From assembly GCA_951406725.2 (NCBI GenBank), contig OX597817.1, positions 135,904,001 through 135,968,000 on the forward strand: a stretch of DNA of 64,000 nucleotides, read 5' to 3'. Position numbers and translations under genes: made by a program. Positions 52,407-64,000 of the stretch are shown in pieces. Source of the DNA: Octopus vulgaris. Taxonomy: Eukaryota. The notes under the pieces were generated by a model, which saw only the letters and a list, made by a program, of their open reading frames with translations, was not told where the DNA came from and did not search any database. Positions within the stretch are counted from its first letter, which is position 1. Each line of letters begins with the position of its first letter.

Positions 52407-53219
52407 TGTATGTATGTATGTATGTATGTATGTATGTATGTATGTATGTATGTATGTAGACAGCCTTGCATGAACACACACACATATTAACATAAAAGGA
52501 AATAAATGAAATTCTCTCTGCATTTTATTTTCTTCGTAGCTAAAACAAAGATTGTTTCAGCGCTAAAAACAAAGATTGTCGAGAAAAACCAGACTGGAAA
52601 CGAAATTTTCAAATAAGTTTTATAAGGCTGAAATAATTCGGGAAGGACATCTTTGGGTGCGTGCGTGTATGCGTGTGTGTGTAAGCGTGTGTGTAAGCGT
52701 GTGTGTAAGCGTGTGTGTAAGCGTGTGTGTGTGCGCGTGCTCGTGTGCAGGAGTTGTTAAATATCAACAAAGGAGACTTGTCATGGTTTGAGATCAACTC
52801 TCCTTGTGTGTGTGTGTGTGCGCGCGCGCGCACGCGGTGGAAGTGAACTATTAAAGATACATATAAAGCTTGCCAGTTAGTCACCCATCTATCTATGTGT
52901 GTGTATGTGTGTGTATGTGTGCATGTGTGTGCAAATATATATATACACATATATGTATGCACATATACTTACATAATACATACGTACATACATACATACA
53001 TACATACATAATACATACATACGTGCATGAATACATAGATGCATGTACACACACATGTCCGTCCAGCCATCCATCCATAGATACATATGTACACACACAC
53101 CTATACAGATACATAGATTAATACATGCATAAACAGATGTAAGCATAATTAAATACATATACATACATACGTACACACATATACACACACACACATATAT
53201 ACATGTACATACATACATA

Positions 53220-53272
<53 letters not shown>

Positions 53273-53536
53273 CGGTCTCTGTTTGTCTCTTTGTCTCTCT
53301 CTCTATCCCTATATATATACATACATAAATAGATACATATATGCATACACACACACGCACACACACATATGCATGCATACACACATTAGTATGCGATCAT
53401 ATTGAAAGTATGTTTGTGTACATTGGATGAGAGTCACAAGATATTCAGTGTTTATTTAGAAAGAAGATAAAGCTAGCTATAATAATTCTACCATCCGCTA
53501 ATCCGCCATTTTGTTTTCATAAAGATTATGCTGTGC

Positions 53537-53608
<72 letters not shown>

Positions 53609-53779
53609 ATGCATCTCCGTATATGTGCCTGAGCATGTGTGGCTGTAGTCTTTCCTTTTTGCAGGGTGTGTCTCTGGTGGTCGTAATATTTGTATACGTT
53701 TACCCGTGCGTGTAAGCTTTGTTGTGTGTGTATGTGTGTGTGTGTGTATAGATATGTATTTTTGTGTGACTTTAATTGA

Positions 53780-53831
<52 letters not shown>

Positions 53832-53926
53832 ATGTATATGTGTGTGTGCGCATGTGTATATATATTTATATATATATGTATTTATATATATACATATATA
53901 TATATATGTATATATATATATGTATA

Positions 53927-53987
<61 letters not shown>

Positions 53988-54621
53988 TGCCAACTGGCAA
54001 TTACTAGAATTCGAACTCCGGATTAACATGTATTTTCAACCTCAAACATATAGGAGAGCGGTATGGATGGATGTGTGAGGGGAGTCTGTCTCACTTATAC
54101 ATATATATGGTGGTGATGGAGGTTTTAATAATGATGATGATGGTGATGTCCATCATGGCTGTTTCTGTGGATGATGTAAAAAATATTAACCGCCATCATT
54201 GTCAATAACTGTACCGGAAATGACATCAGTCGCCATAGCAACGCTAGTAAGCATCAACACTTCCTCTACTGTTACCACCTCGCCACCCCCACCACCACCA
54301 CTACCACCCTCACCACCACCACCAACAACAACAACATCAACAACACCACCACCACCATTGCTGCTGCTGGTACTGCAACACGAATTATAAGACAAGAGCA
54401 AAAATAATCAATTGTGACCACCCTCACCAAACAATCGACAACAAGAACTGCAGAAGCGACAACAAAATGAAGAAGAATTGGCAACCGAGGGAAAAGAAAA
54501 GAAAAACCAAACACCCAGCAGAGAATTATTTGCCCCTGATCAGAAATAACAACAGCAACAACAAATTTAATATCCTCTTCAATTGGGACATCGTTTAGAC
54601 ACGTTTGTCTTTTATCTTTTT

Positions 54622-54830
54622 TTTTTACTTGTTTTAGTCACTGGACTGTGGCCATGCTGGGGCATCGCCTAGAAAGGCTTAGTAGAACAAATCAATGCCA
54701 GTACTTGGTTTTAAGGTTGGTATTTATTTCGTCGGTCTCTTTAGCCGAACCGCAGCGCTACGGGGTCGTAAACAGATCAAAACCAGTTGTCACTCGATGG
54801 GAAAAGAAACACAAACACAAATACACACAC
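54622..54830 (-). mobile_element. CORE-like SINE, 3' half
   Basis: Reverse complement resembles 17045-17245. Confidence 0.75.
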
Positions 54831-54989
54831 ACACGCACGCACGCATGCACACATATACATACATACATACAAACAAACAAACAAAAATACTCTGTTGTTG
54901 ATGTTGAAATTCCAATGAAGGAAAATTTGATCTAGGTTAGAAACCGGTTCTTTCTCTATTGGCAAGAAATCTTGAAATAAACTGAATAA

Positions 54990-56190
54990 TGACATACTAA
55001 CATTTCGGCCGCTTGATTGGACGCTTGATGAGATCCGAGCCATTGATGTGAAAACCTGAAAAATACTAACAAGCACACATAATTTCCACATAAACAGTTA
55101 CGTAGACCGCCTCTACCTAAAACGTAAACAAGGCGGCCGAGGCTTAACATTGATCAAAAATGCATTTGAATGTCGTATCATATCCCTTTGGCAACATCTT
55201 TTAACCACCAAGTGTGGAAGTGCATCCCTTGACCAAGTTTGCATACATGAAGCTGATAACATCATAAGACTTGGAAGGCAGCTCCTTGAGCAACACTCTG
55301 TCTGATAACCTAGAATGCATGCTCAAAGAATTGGCACGATTCTACCGCAACGTATCATCAGATGAAAGGATGAGAATATATGAGCAGAAAGCTATGTATG
55401 GATATGTTAGTAGAAAACTCTGAGATGATAGTAGCATTGATCATCAAAGCAGTTTATCATGATCCAATAGCCGGATTATTACCTCCCACTTTGAAATGTA
55501 TGCATTTGCAATCCAGGAACAGGAAATATTAACCAATTACTTGATGCACGAAAAGGACGGAGATGCAGGAAAAGCTGTGAAGTATGACAACCGATGCAGA
55601 CTTTGTGGAGTTCACACTGAAGATATTACCCACATCACAAGCGGTTGTCCGAAAATGTCCTCACTGTATTATCTACCGATGAGACATGACGTTGTAGCTA
55701 GGACACTTTATAATGAAATCCGTCGGAAGGATAATCCTGAGGACAAAGAAATAATAACCCACAATATGGTAGAAGCCATAGCCACTCAATGAAAAGGAAT
55801 GCTGGTGGAATGTACCAGTGAAGACCTCAATAAAATGTAAGCACAACAGACTTGATATAATGATTTGGGATAGAGAGGAGAAACTGTGCACAGTCGTGGA
55901 AATCAGCTGTCTAACGGATGTTAACATAAAGCTGAAGATCAGTGAAAAAGAGAACACCTATGCTGAACTATTGAGAAATCTGCAGTTACTCTATCCAGAT
56001 TACAAGTTCAGGTTTATACCTGTAATTATTGGGGCCCTGTGATATGTACCACACTGCTTAAATACAAACCTTGTGAAATTAGGCTTCTCAAAACCAGAAA
56101 GGAGAAAGCTAATTCGAAAACTACAGATCCAATCCATCACTGGAACTGTAAAAATCTGTAAAACTTTCCAGGAGTTTATCATTTAAATAT
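54990..56190 (+). pseudogene. R4/Dong-type LINE 3' part (zinc finger and restriction-like endonuclease)
   Basis: KQGGRGL, FAIQEQEI, CRLCGVHTEDITHITSGC..RHDVVA, KHNRLDIMIWD..VEISC and IPVIIGAL. Confidence 0.88.
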
Positions 56191-56314
56191 ATATGCGCAT
56201 GTCTAGATATGCAACTATATGCCTCTATATTCAGAAAATAAATTTACATTTATACCAATAATAATTGGTGCATTTGGTTTTGCGAGGGATTGCCTAAATG
56301 AGACTCTGGATAAG

Positions 56315-56359
<45 letters not shown>

Positions 56360-56669
56360 TATGTTTGTGTGTGTGTTTGTGTGTGTGTGCGGGATTATAT
56401 GCTTAATGACGTCATAAGAATTTACAACTTTGAGGAAGAACGTGAAATATTTGTTTTTTTTGGAACGGAGAATCTTGAAGCTAGCTGCTTCGAGATTCTC
56501 TATAAATAATAGCGTGTAAATATTGAGTTAAAAAGTCTTTTAGATCGAACAACCATTCACCGTTCCAATAAAGAGTTATTTTAGGTTGTCTGTCGCAATT
56601 TCTAAAATTTGGTGACGTCAGTAAAAATGTGTGTGTGTATGTGTGTGTATGTGTGTATATATATATAGG

Positions 56670-56711
<42 letters not shown>

Positions 56712-57021
56712 CATACATACATGCATGTATATATACATGTATATGTATATATATATAAGTGTGTGTGTGTATGTGTGTGTATGTATATATATATACATAT
56801 ACATGCATACATGTACACACACACAATACCATTACATTATCACATTCTACTCTGCATTACACGACAACTCTACTTGGGAATTTCTAATGCCTTCATCTTG
56901 TAAATAGTTTCTAAAAGAAATACTTGACAAATTCCGCATTAAATATTTAAAAGCCTGGTTAGTGATTCTATACCAATATGCATTTTACACATACATGAAT
57001 TTTTATGTAAGATTTATCTTA

Positions 57022-57281
57022 CGGCATATGGTGTAGTGGTTAAGAACACGGGCTACGAACCCCAAAATTCCGAGTTCGATTCCAGGCGGTGACCTGAATA
57101 ATAGTGATAATAATAATGATAATAATAATAATAATAACATCGAAAAATACCTTAGGAATGAGAACCCAGGTTCGAAATTTCCCCAAGACACCTGATGAAG
57201 GCTGGACGGTATATCAGCCGAAACGTTGTGTTAACAAGAAACAAGATGAGGACAAATATCCGTCAAATGTAAATTATATAA
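57022..57281 (+). mobile_element. tRNA-derived SINE with (AAT)n linker and hammerhead-containing 3' module
   Basis: A-box tggtgtagtgg (57029-57039), B-box gagttcgattcc (57072-57083), hammerhead motif 57187-57232; 10 bp direct repeat atttatctta at 57012-57021 and 57282-57291. Confidence 0.75.
57187..57232 (+). ncRNA. Putative minimal type I hammerhead ribozyme
   Basis: gacac CTGATGA a ggctgg acggtata tcagcc GAAAC GT T gtgtt: stem I gacac/gtgtt, intact core, stem II ggctg/cagcc, minimal palindromic stem III (ACGT). Confidence 0.7.
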
Positions 57282-57539
57282 ATTTATCTTATTGATCATT
57301 GCTTAGTTTTACTTTACATTTGCCGTGTCTCCCAACAAACGAAATATTTCGGACAATTTTTTTTACAGCTTTACTGACTAACGTAATGTATGGTTCAAAA
57401 CACAAAAGACAAAATCAGATGAGGGAACAACAAGCAGAGTGTATTAGTTTGATGCTCAGGAAAATAGAAAAAGTATTTAACGTTTCGAGCCTACGCTCTT
57501 CTACCGAAGGCTCCACGTAATAAACTTATCTATATATTT

Positions 57540-57631
57540 GAAGATATATGTCTAGCAGAAATGTGTATGTGTATATATGTTCACCAGAATCATGTATGTA
57601 TATATTTGTATATTTGTTTAACAGAAACACG

Positions 57632-57694
<63 letters not shown>

Positions 57695-58770
57695 GCATAT
57701 ATGTTTATCAGAAACACGTATGTATATATTTATATATATATGTACCAGAAACACTTATGTATATATTTGTATATATGTTTATCAAAAAGACGTATGTATC
57801 TGTTTGTATATATGTTTACCTGAAAACAGAGTTTTGTTTCGTGTTTTTTTTTCTTTTCCAGGTTATTTCGCATGCTTTCAACGAATGTGATATAGAAATC
57901 ACGCGTAAACGGCTCCTTTCCCTAGAAAAGGAAAGATTTGGCTGCTATTTCTTGCACGCCCTACTACCACGTAACAGGTATTTCGGGTCCTTTATCGCAA
58001 ATAGCTGTTACGTGGTAGCAGAGAGTACAAGAAATAGCAGCCAAATCCTTGGGGGTGAGATACGCTGAATGCACTAAAAAACCTATGGAAAAAACTATTT
58101 CTCATTGAGGTTACGAAGGGGTCTTTTACGAAATATTTACCATGTTTTAAAAGTAATTTTCACTTTAGAATATTCTTTAAATATGCCAAAATTATTTTTG
58201 TAATGGTATTCACTTGAAAATAATTTTAAAAAAAAACATTAAAATATTGTCTGTTTAAAGAAAGCTAAAATATAAATACTGTACATTTTTGGAATCACTT
58301 TCTTTAAAAATATTTCTTAATGATTAAAATATTATGTTTAACAAAAGCGGAAATAGAAACATTTACTGTAAAAAAAAATCGTATTTTTTCGTTGTCAACT
58401 CACTGTGCCTAATAGAAAGATAAGAGTTTCTTCCCTTTCAAGATGAAGATTATTTTCGGAACATTTTCCCATTATGCACCATTTTGGGTATTTATATCCC
58501 GGAAACCTCTAATATCTCGGAAACCACTTTACTGATTTACTCGAAACTTGTTTCATTACGTTCGTGTTAACATTTCAGAGTAAACTTAATTCATAGTATT
58601 TTCCGATTATGCGCCAGTTTGGCTGAGTATCATTGCAAGCAAGATTCAATCTGCCTTTTAATAGCATGTAGATATGTTTACCAGAAACACGAATGTTTAT
58701 ATACATATATGTATATATGTTTACCAGAAACACGTATGTATATATTTGTGTATATCTTCCAGAAAATATT
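57540..58770. repeat. Minisatellite of about 37 bp unit split by an insertion of about 850 bp
   Basis: Unit atatgtttaccagaaacacgtatgtatatatttgtat at 57545-57828 and again at 58672-58770. Confidence 0.75.
57935..58047. repeat. Hairpin with 49 bp arms and 15 nt loop
   Basis: gatttggctgctatttcttg..acaggtattt pairs with aaatagctgt..caagaaatagcagccaaatc, about 5 mismatches. Confidence 0.88.
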
Positions 58771-58784
58771 CAATTCAAAACCTC

Positions 58785-60065
58785 AAGCATCAGCAAAGTT
58801 ATGGATTGAAAAGTTCGCAGGAAATTAATTGCGTTCTTTGAATTGAATGACTGGTTGACTGGCACACAACATGGTTTTCGACCAGGTATAAGTTGTTTGG
58901 CACAGCTCTTACAGCACTAGATCTCGAATTTGCAAAAGCCTTTGATAAAGCCGACTGTAGTATGACATGTCACAAGGTACTTGGTCTCGGCATAGTCGGA
59001 AAACATGAAGAGTGACTAGATGACTTTTTAAAAGATAGAAGTCAGGCAGTGGTGGCCAATGGAGACACCTCGGTGGTGTTTCACAGAGCCATTATCAATC
59101 ATAGTAGCCCTCTCAGACATGCCCTCAGCTACTCAGATAGCCCACCCATGCTAGCTATACGGATTATACAAAAGTCACTCAGAGGATGCAGAACGCTGGA
59201 TGTGTTGTGACCCTGCAACAAAAGGCAGATGCAATATACAGGTGGGCTGAGAACAATGACATGCAGCTTAATGCTGGAAAATTCCAAGCCCTCTGATACC
59301 AGCACGCGAAGCTGAATGACATTGCAGACAGGATACATTGGCCCAGGAGGGATTGTAATCCCTGAATCAACATCAGTGTGCAGCCTGGGTATTGATATGA
59401 GTAATGATGCATCTCTACAGGTGCATATTACTATGTTGGCGATAAAATGCAACTAGTCAGATAGATTCTCAGAACTTTCAGAACGAGAGAAGAGATATCA
59501 AGTTGGTCCTCTGAAGGTCATTTGTCAATCCAACAAAGCTACACAAAGAATATCGTCTGAATGCCTCAGGTCAGCTACTGATAAAGGCTGAAAAATTTCA
59601 GATGCTACTCCTTAGAACGCATGCGAGATCCATTTGCAGTGATGTACATCTGGAAAATCATGGAAGGACTCGTAGCAAACTTTGGCGTCAAAAGCTACTC
59701 AAACACCAGAATAAGGGCGGTACTTCATAGTGCCAATGATCCCAACATCATCATCAAGATACAATATCAGATACTGCAACAACTTGCGTTTCAAGGGCCC
59801 ACAGCCATTCACTATCCTCCCCCAAAATCTGAGAGACTTGTATGTGGTGGATGCAGGTGTCTTCAAAACAAAACTAGACCTCTTCCCGTCAAGAGTTTTG
59901 GTTGAACCTACCTCGCGTCAGGAAACGCAGATTAGAACATCAACATCAAACTCACTCATTCACCAATAGCTCAATATTAAATGTTCCAAGTAATAAGTGT
60001 AGCAAAACTAACGTCTGTGCCCCAGCATGGCCGTAGGTCTCGAGCTGAAACTAGAAAAGGAATAA
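58785..60065 (+). mobile_element. CR1-like LINE, degenerate 3' part
   Basis: QHGFRPGISCLAQLLQH, LEFAKAFDK, KGPQPFTILP..FKTKLD and NSLIHQ*; followed by a short 3'UTR gtgccccagcatggccgtag..ctgaaactagaaaagg. Confidence 0.82.
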
Positions 60066-60373
60066 AGGAATGTCTACACACACACATACACACACACATT
60101 TCCATTTATAGGCGTAGCCATACATCACTGCTAACTCTTCCTTCCACCACCTTCATACAGCCACATACACACAGCACAAATAAAGATACATTTATAAATA
60201 TAATTCATCGCATAAAATTACAAACAGAGAAACAAAGTGGAAGACAATTGTTTCTTATTGTTTCTGATTGATTTTTCCGGTTTATCTATTTACCAGTCTG
60301 TTGTCTGTTTATCTTTGTGTCTGTCTATCTGACTGTCTTCTCTCTCTCACTCTCTCTCTCTCTCTCTCTCTAC

Positions 60374-60452
<79 letters not shown>

Positions 60453-60454
60453 AT

Positions 60455-60640
<186 letters not shown>

Positions 60641-60809
60641 TAAATAAATGGAGTTGAACTTATACTACACAAATTACTGCACATTAACCCGGAGTTTCTA
60701 CCTTTGAATAGGTCGCTACATCCTTGTTACTTGCGTGAATTTTGCTACCCTGGTTACTGTTTATTGAGTTTTCCATGTTAACGGTAAACAAAGGATAATT
60801 CATTCATCC

Positions 60810-60863
<54 letters not shown>

Positions 60864-61090
60864 CACACGCACATACATGTCGACACGCTATCTTTAGGAT
60901 AGTGTGTTAGCACTAGTATATATGTATTTTAATATAATCTCGTTGATTATTTGTTGTCATCCTTTTTACATTATATTTGTATGTGTGTATCTTTGCGTGT
61001 GGGTATATCGATCAATCGATCGAACTATATAGCGTAACGACGCTGTACACTGTAACCATCGAATGAATATATATGTAATATTATCGTGTG

Positions 61091-61122
<32 letters not shown>

Positions 61123-61810
61123 TGTATGTATGTATGTATGTATGTATATATGCATGCATGTATGTATGTATGTATGTATGTATGTATGTATGTATGTATG
61201 TATGTATGTATGTTTGTAATGTATGTATGTGTGTGTATGTATGTGTATGTATTTACAGACATACAGATACAGTGACATGAACGCATATGTTTGTGAAAAC
61301 ATAAAGACGTAATGTTGGTGAATATAAACGCCATTGTTTCTTATACAAAAAGCAACTCACATAAGGATTATAAAACCACAAAGGTTTGCAAACAGTAACT
61401 AACAACAACAACAACAAAAACAACATTAACAGCAACAATTACAGCAGCAGCAGCATCAGAAATCATGGCGATTATGACGAAAAGTAATAGGTTAAGCGAC
61501 TATAGTAAACATGAAGCCAGACAACATCGAAGGAAGAGACATCCATTTTAATCCCGGCTAGGTTTCCTTCATTTTTTTTGGTGTTTGCTTTTTTTTCCCC
61601 CGATTCCGCAATAACGGAGCGGTGCAAAAACTGTTGTGTGGGTCGGAAGCTCACGCTGCCACTCATAGTTTGATGTTCTGTTTCAGTTGTGTAGCACCTC
61701 GAGAGACCGAGCTCAACTTATAGCTCCTCCGGGTCAAACAATTCCTTGTGACTGAATTTGGTCACCGGAAACTGTGTCGAAACCAGCCAACCCGCCGTTG
61801 TATAAATATA

Positions 61811-62300
61811 TCAATATCTATAAAGATGAAATGCGAAAAAGTTGTTTGTCTCATTTTGGGCTGAGAACGGTTTAAGAGCCGGTAGATAGGGTCGGTTTGG
61901 CGTCAAAATTTACAGGGACATGTAAAAAAAAAAGGCGAAGAAGCGACTAGATTAGGTTATAAACCCCTTTCTCAAAAGCTGTGGTTATTAGGACAACAAA
62001 CCCAGATTTTGACAAGTGCTTGTCGTTTCTCTGTTTCGGATATCACTCTGTCTTCCTCGATCTCTCTCCTTCCTTCCCTCCACTTTCCCTCTATAACGAC
62101 ATTTGATAGCTTCCACTTTCATTCCCACTCCGCCTTCGCCGTGTCTCTGTCAATCTTTCTCCCACCACCTCTCTCACTGTACGTCTATCTGTATCTATAG
62201 AGAAAGCGTTGACAGCCGCAAAAGTTTAAATATTCCCGACACATGTCTTTTAGAATGGTGAATTATCGCCTTCCACCATCGCACAATCATAGTAGATATT
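61811..62300 (+). mobile_element. Helitron-like element, 5' part (3' boundary uncertain)
   Basis: The first approximately 110 bp (tcaatatctataaag.tgaaatgcgaaaaag..caaaatttaca) match 62497-62602. Confidence 0.55.
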
Positions 62301-62362
62301 ATTAATCAGATATATTGTGTTAATTTATATATATATATATGTGTATATAATATATATATATA

Positions 62363-62473
<111 letters not shown>

Positions 62474-62496
62474 GTGTGTGTGTGCGTATATAATCA

Positions 62497-63222
62497 TCAA
62501 TATCTATAAAGCTGAAATGCGAAAAAGCTGTTTGATTTCTTGGTTGTCCAATTTTGGGATGAGAACGGTTTAGATGGGGTCGGATTGGTACCAAAATTTA
62601 CACTGAGGGGTAAAATGGGGTGGACAATGGTGTGAGGTGGGTTGCAATTCGCTCGGGGCTACCGTTTGGTTGCCATGCTGAGGAATATGGGAAAAATTGA
62701 GTTTTATGTGATAGACAGGTTGCGCTATTTGAAAAACGGTGGCTTTTCGTATTGCTGCAGGGGCTAGAGGTGGTTATCTTTAATTGTGAGTGTAAAAATT
62801 TGGGGTGGGGGGTGGAAAGGGGGGTAAAATTTTTCAACTTATAAAAAGAGTACATTTTTGCCCTATTTTTAGATATAATTTTTTTCTGTTTGCATTATTT
62901 GGTTGACATAAGTAAAAATGGCATTGTGTTAAAGACCAAAATTTTAGCTTTCATTTGCATCATGAACCGTCAAAATATACCGGAAAAAAGTATCAAATTT
63001 CACAAAATTTTAAGTAATTTTGAATTATTTTTGTGATTTTACGTGCACACGTAAGAGAAAGCGAGGGAGAGTCCGAGAGAGAGGAAGAGTAAGAGAGCGG
63101 GAAAGTGAGAGAGAAAGGAGAAAGAAACAAAGGAAGAAAGTGGTGAAAAGAATCAGAAAGGAAGCAACAGAAAGTAACAACCACACCCTCACCCGCGCGT
63201 AGAGCGGGTCACCATAATCTAG
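62497..63222 (+). mobile_element. Non-autonomous Helitron
   Basis: A|TC start; 3' hairpin acccgc-gcgtaga-gcgggt (63191-63209) lies 9 nt before the terminal CTAG (63219-63222) followed by T. Confidence 0.8.
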
Positions 63223-63244
63223 TATGCTAGAAAGAGGATCTAAT

Positions 63245-63455
63245 CGGCATGATTGATCGTTAGCCACTACACAAATTTTTTTCTCTCCTTTCTTTTCTCT
63301 CCTTTTTTCTCTCCTTGTTTTTTCTGTGTCCCTTTTCTGTAGAAGAGCGTAGGATCGAAACGTAAAATACTTTTTCTATTCCTGAGCGTTATACTAATAC
63401 ATCTGTTTGTTTTGTACACCACCTGTCTTCGTCTTTGGTTTTTTTCGTAAACTCT

Positions 63456-63460
<5 letters not shown>
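63245..63460 (+). mobile_element. Short Penelope pLTR-like or retrozyme-like repeat with a hammerhead-like motif
   Basis: ttt CTGTAGA a gagc gtag gatc GAAAC GTA aaa at about 63334-63367; homologous to 11554-11738; ends at (TA)n. Confidence 0.65.
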
Positions 63461-63538
<78 letters not shown>

Positions 63539-63550
63539 TGTGCGTGTGTG

Positions 63551-63596
<46 letters not shown>

Positions 63597-63930
63597 TATA
63601 CATATATACGTATGGCTAAAATTCCCCCTGTCTATTATTATACCATGTTATATATATATATTATATCATACCTAACATCTACTTTGACATGCCGCTGTTA
63701 TTTTTAGGGTGTTAAACACTTTCGGTACGCAAATTGGAGACTCCTTTATGGAGTAACTGCTGCATTTGTTGAGTATATAAACAGTTGGGATGCTTGTTTG
63801 CCTGGAGACAGTCAAAAATATGTAGACGCCTCTGAGGAGAACCCAATAAGGTTCGACAATCGATTAAGGTTGTTCATCGTTTTTCTCAGTCAGCGGAGAA
63901 ATGGCTAAAATTGTCATTCATAATTATACC

Positions 63931-63979
<49 letters not shown>

Positions 63980-64000
63980 GGAAATAGTGGCGCAACACAT

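Noticed and set aside
54186-54514. Pro/Thr-rich or Gly/Val-rich ORFs as a host exon
   Set aside because: They derive from (CCA)n and (CAA)n low-complexity sequence, with no domain or convincing splice sites.
57023-57094. Bona fide tRNA gene
   Set aside because: A and B boxes are present but the acceptor stem pairs poorly and there is no poly-T terminator; it is better explained as a SINE head.
57540-57830. Regularly spaced repeats of about 37 bp resembling a CRISPR array
   Set aside because: Units are degenerate tandem copies without unique spacers, there are no cas genes, and the context is eukaryotic.

Overview
This is eukaryotic, AT-rich DNA saturated with (TA)n, (TG)n, (TATG)n, (TATC)n and (AAT)n microsatellites. 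The repeat families resemble those of an Octopus genome; this is an inference, not a database result. No host protein-coding exon can be supported, and most listed ORFs are microsatellite or antisense artefacts. The window is almost entirely transposable elements. Retroelements include a near-intact 5.2 kb Tx1/L1-group LINE (23137-28371), a 5'-truncated RTE LINE with an 80 bp flanking duplication, remnants of CR1-like, R4/Dong, HERO-like, Penelope and Gypsy elements, and at least four tRNA-derived SINE families. DNA elements include mariner, a DD40D Tc1/mariner element, piggyBac, hAT, non-autonomous Helitrons and foldback MITEs. Four observations stand out. (1) A tRNA-headed SINE carries a minimal hammerhead ribozyme in its 3' half (57022-57281), and a second short family carries a hammerhead variant. 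(2) Two SINE-LINE partnerships are visible as shared 3' tails: Nin-like SINE with the Tx1 LINE, and CORE-like SINE with the CR1-like LINE. (3) One SINE body occurs with two alternative tails and as a TSD-flanked dimer. (4) Long near-perfect inverted repeats are frequent.
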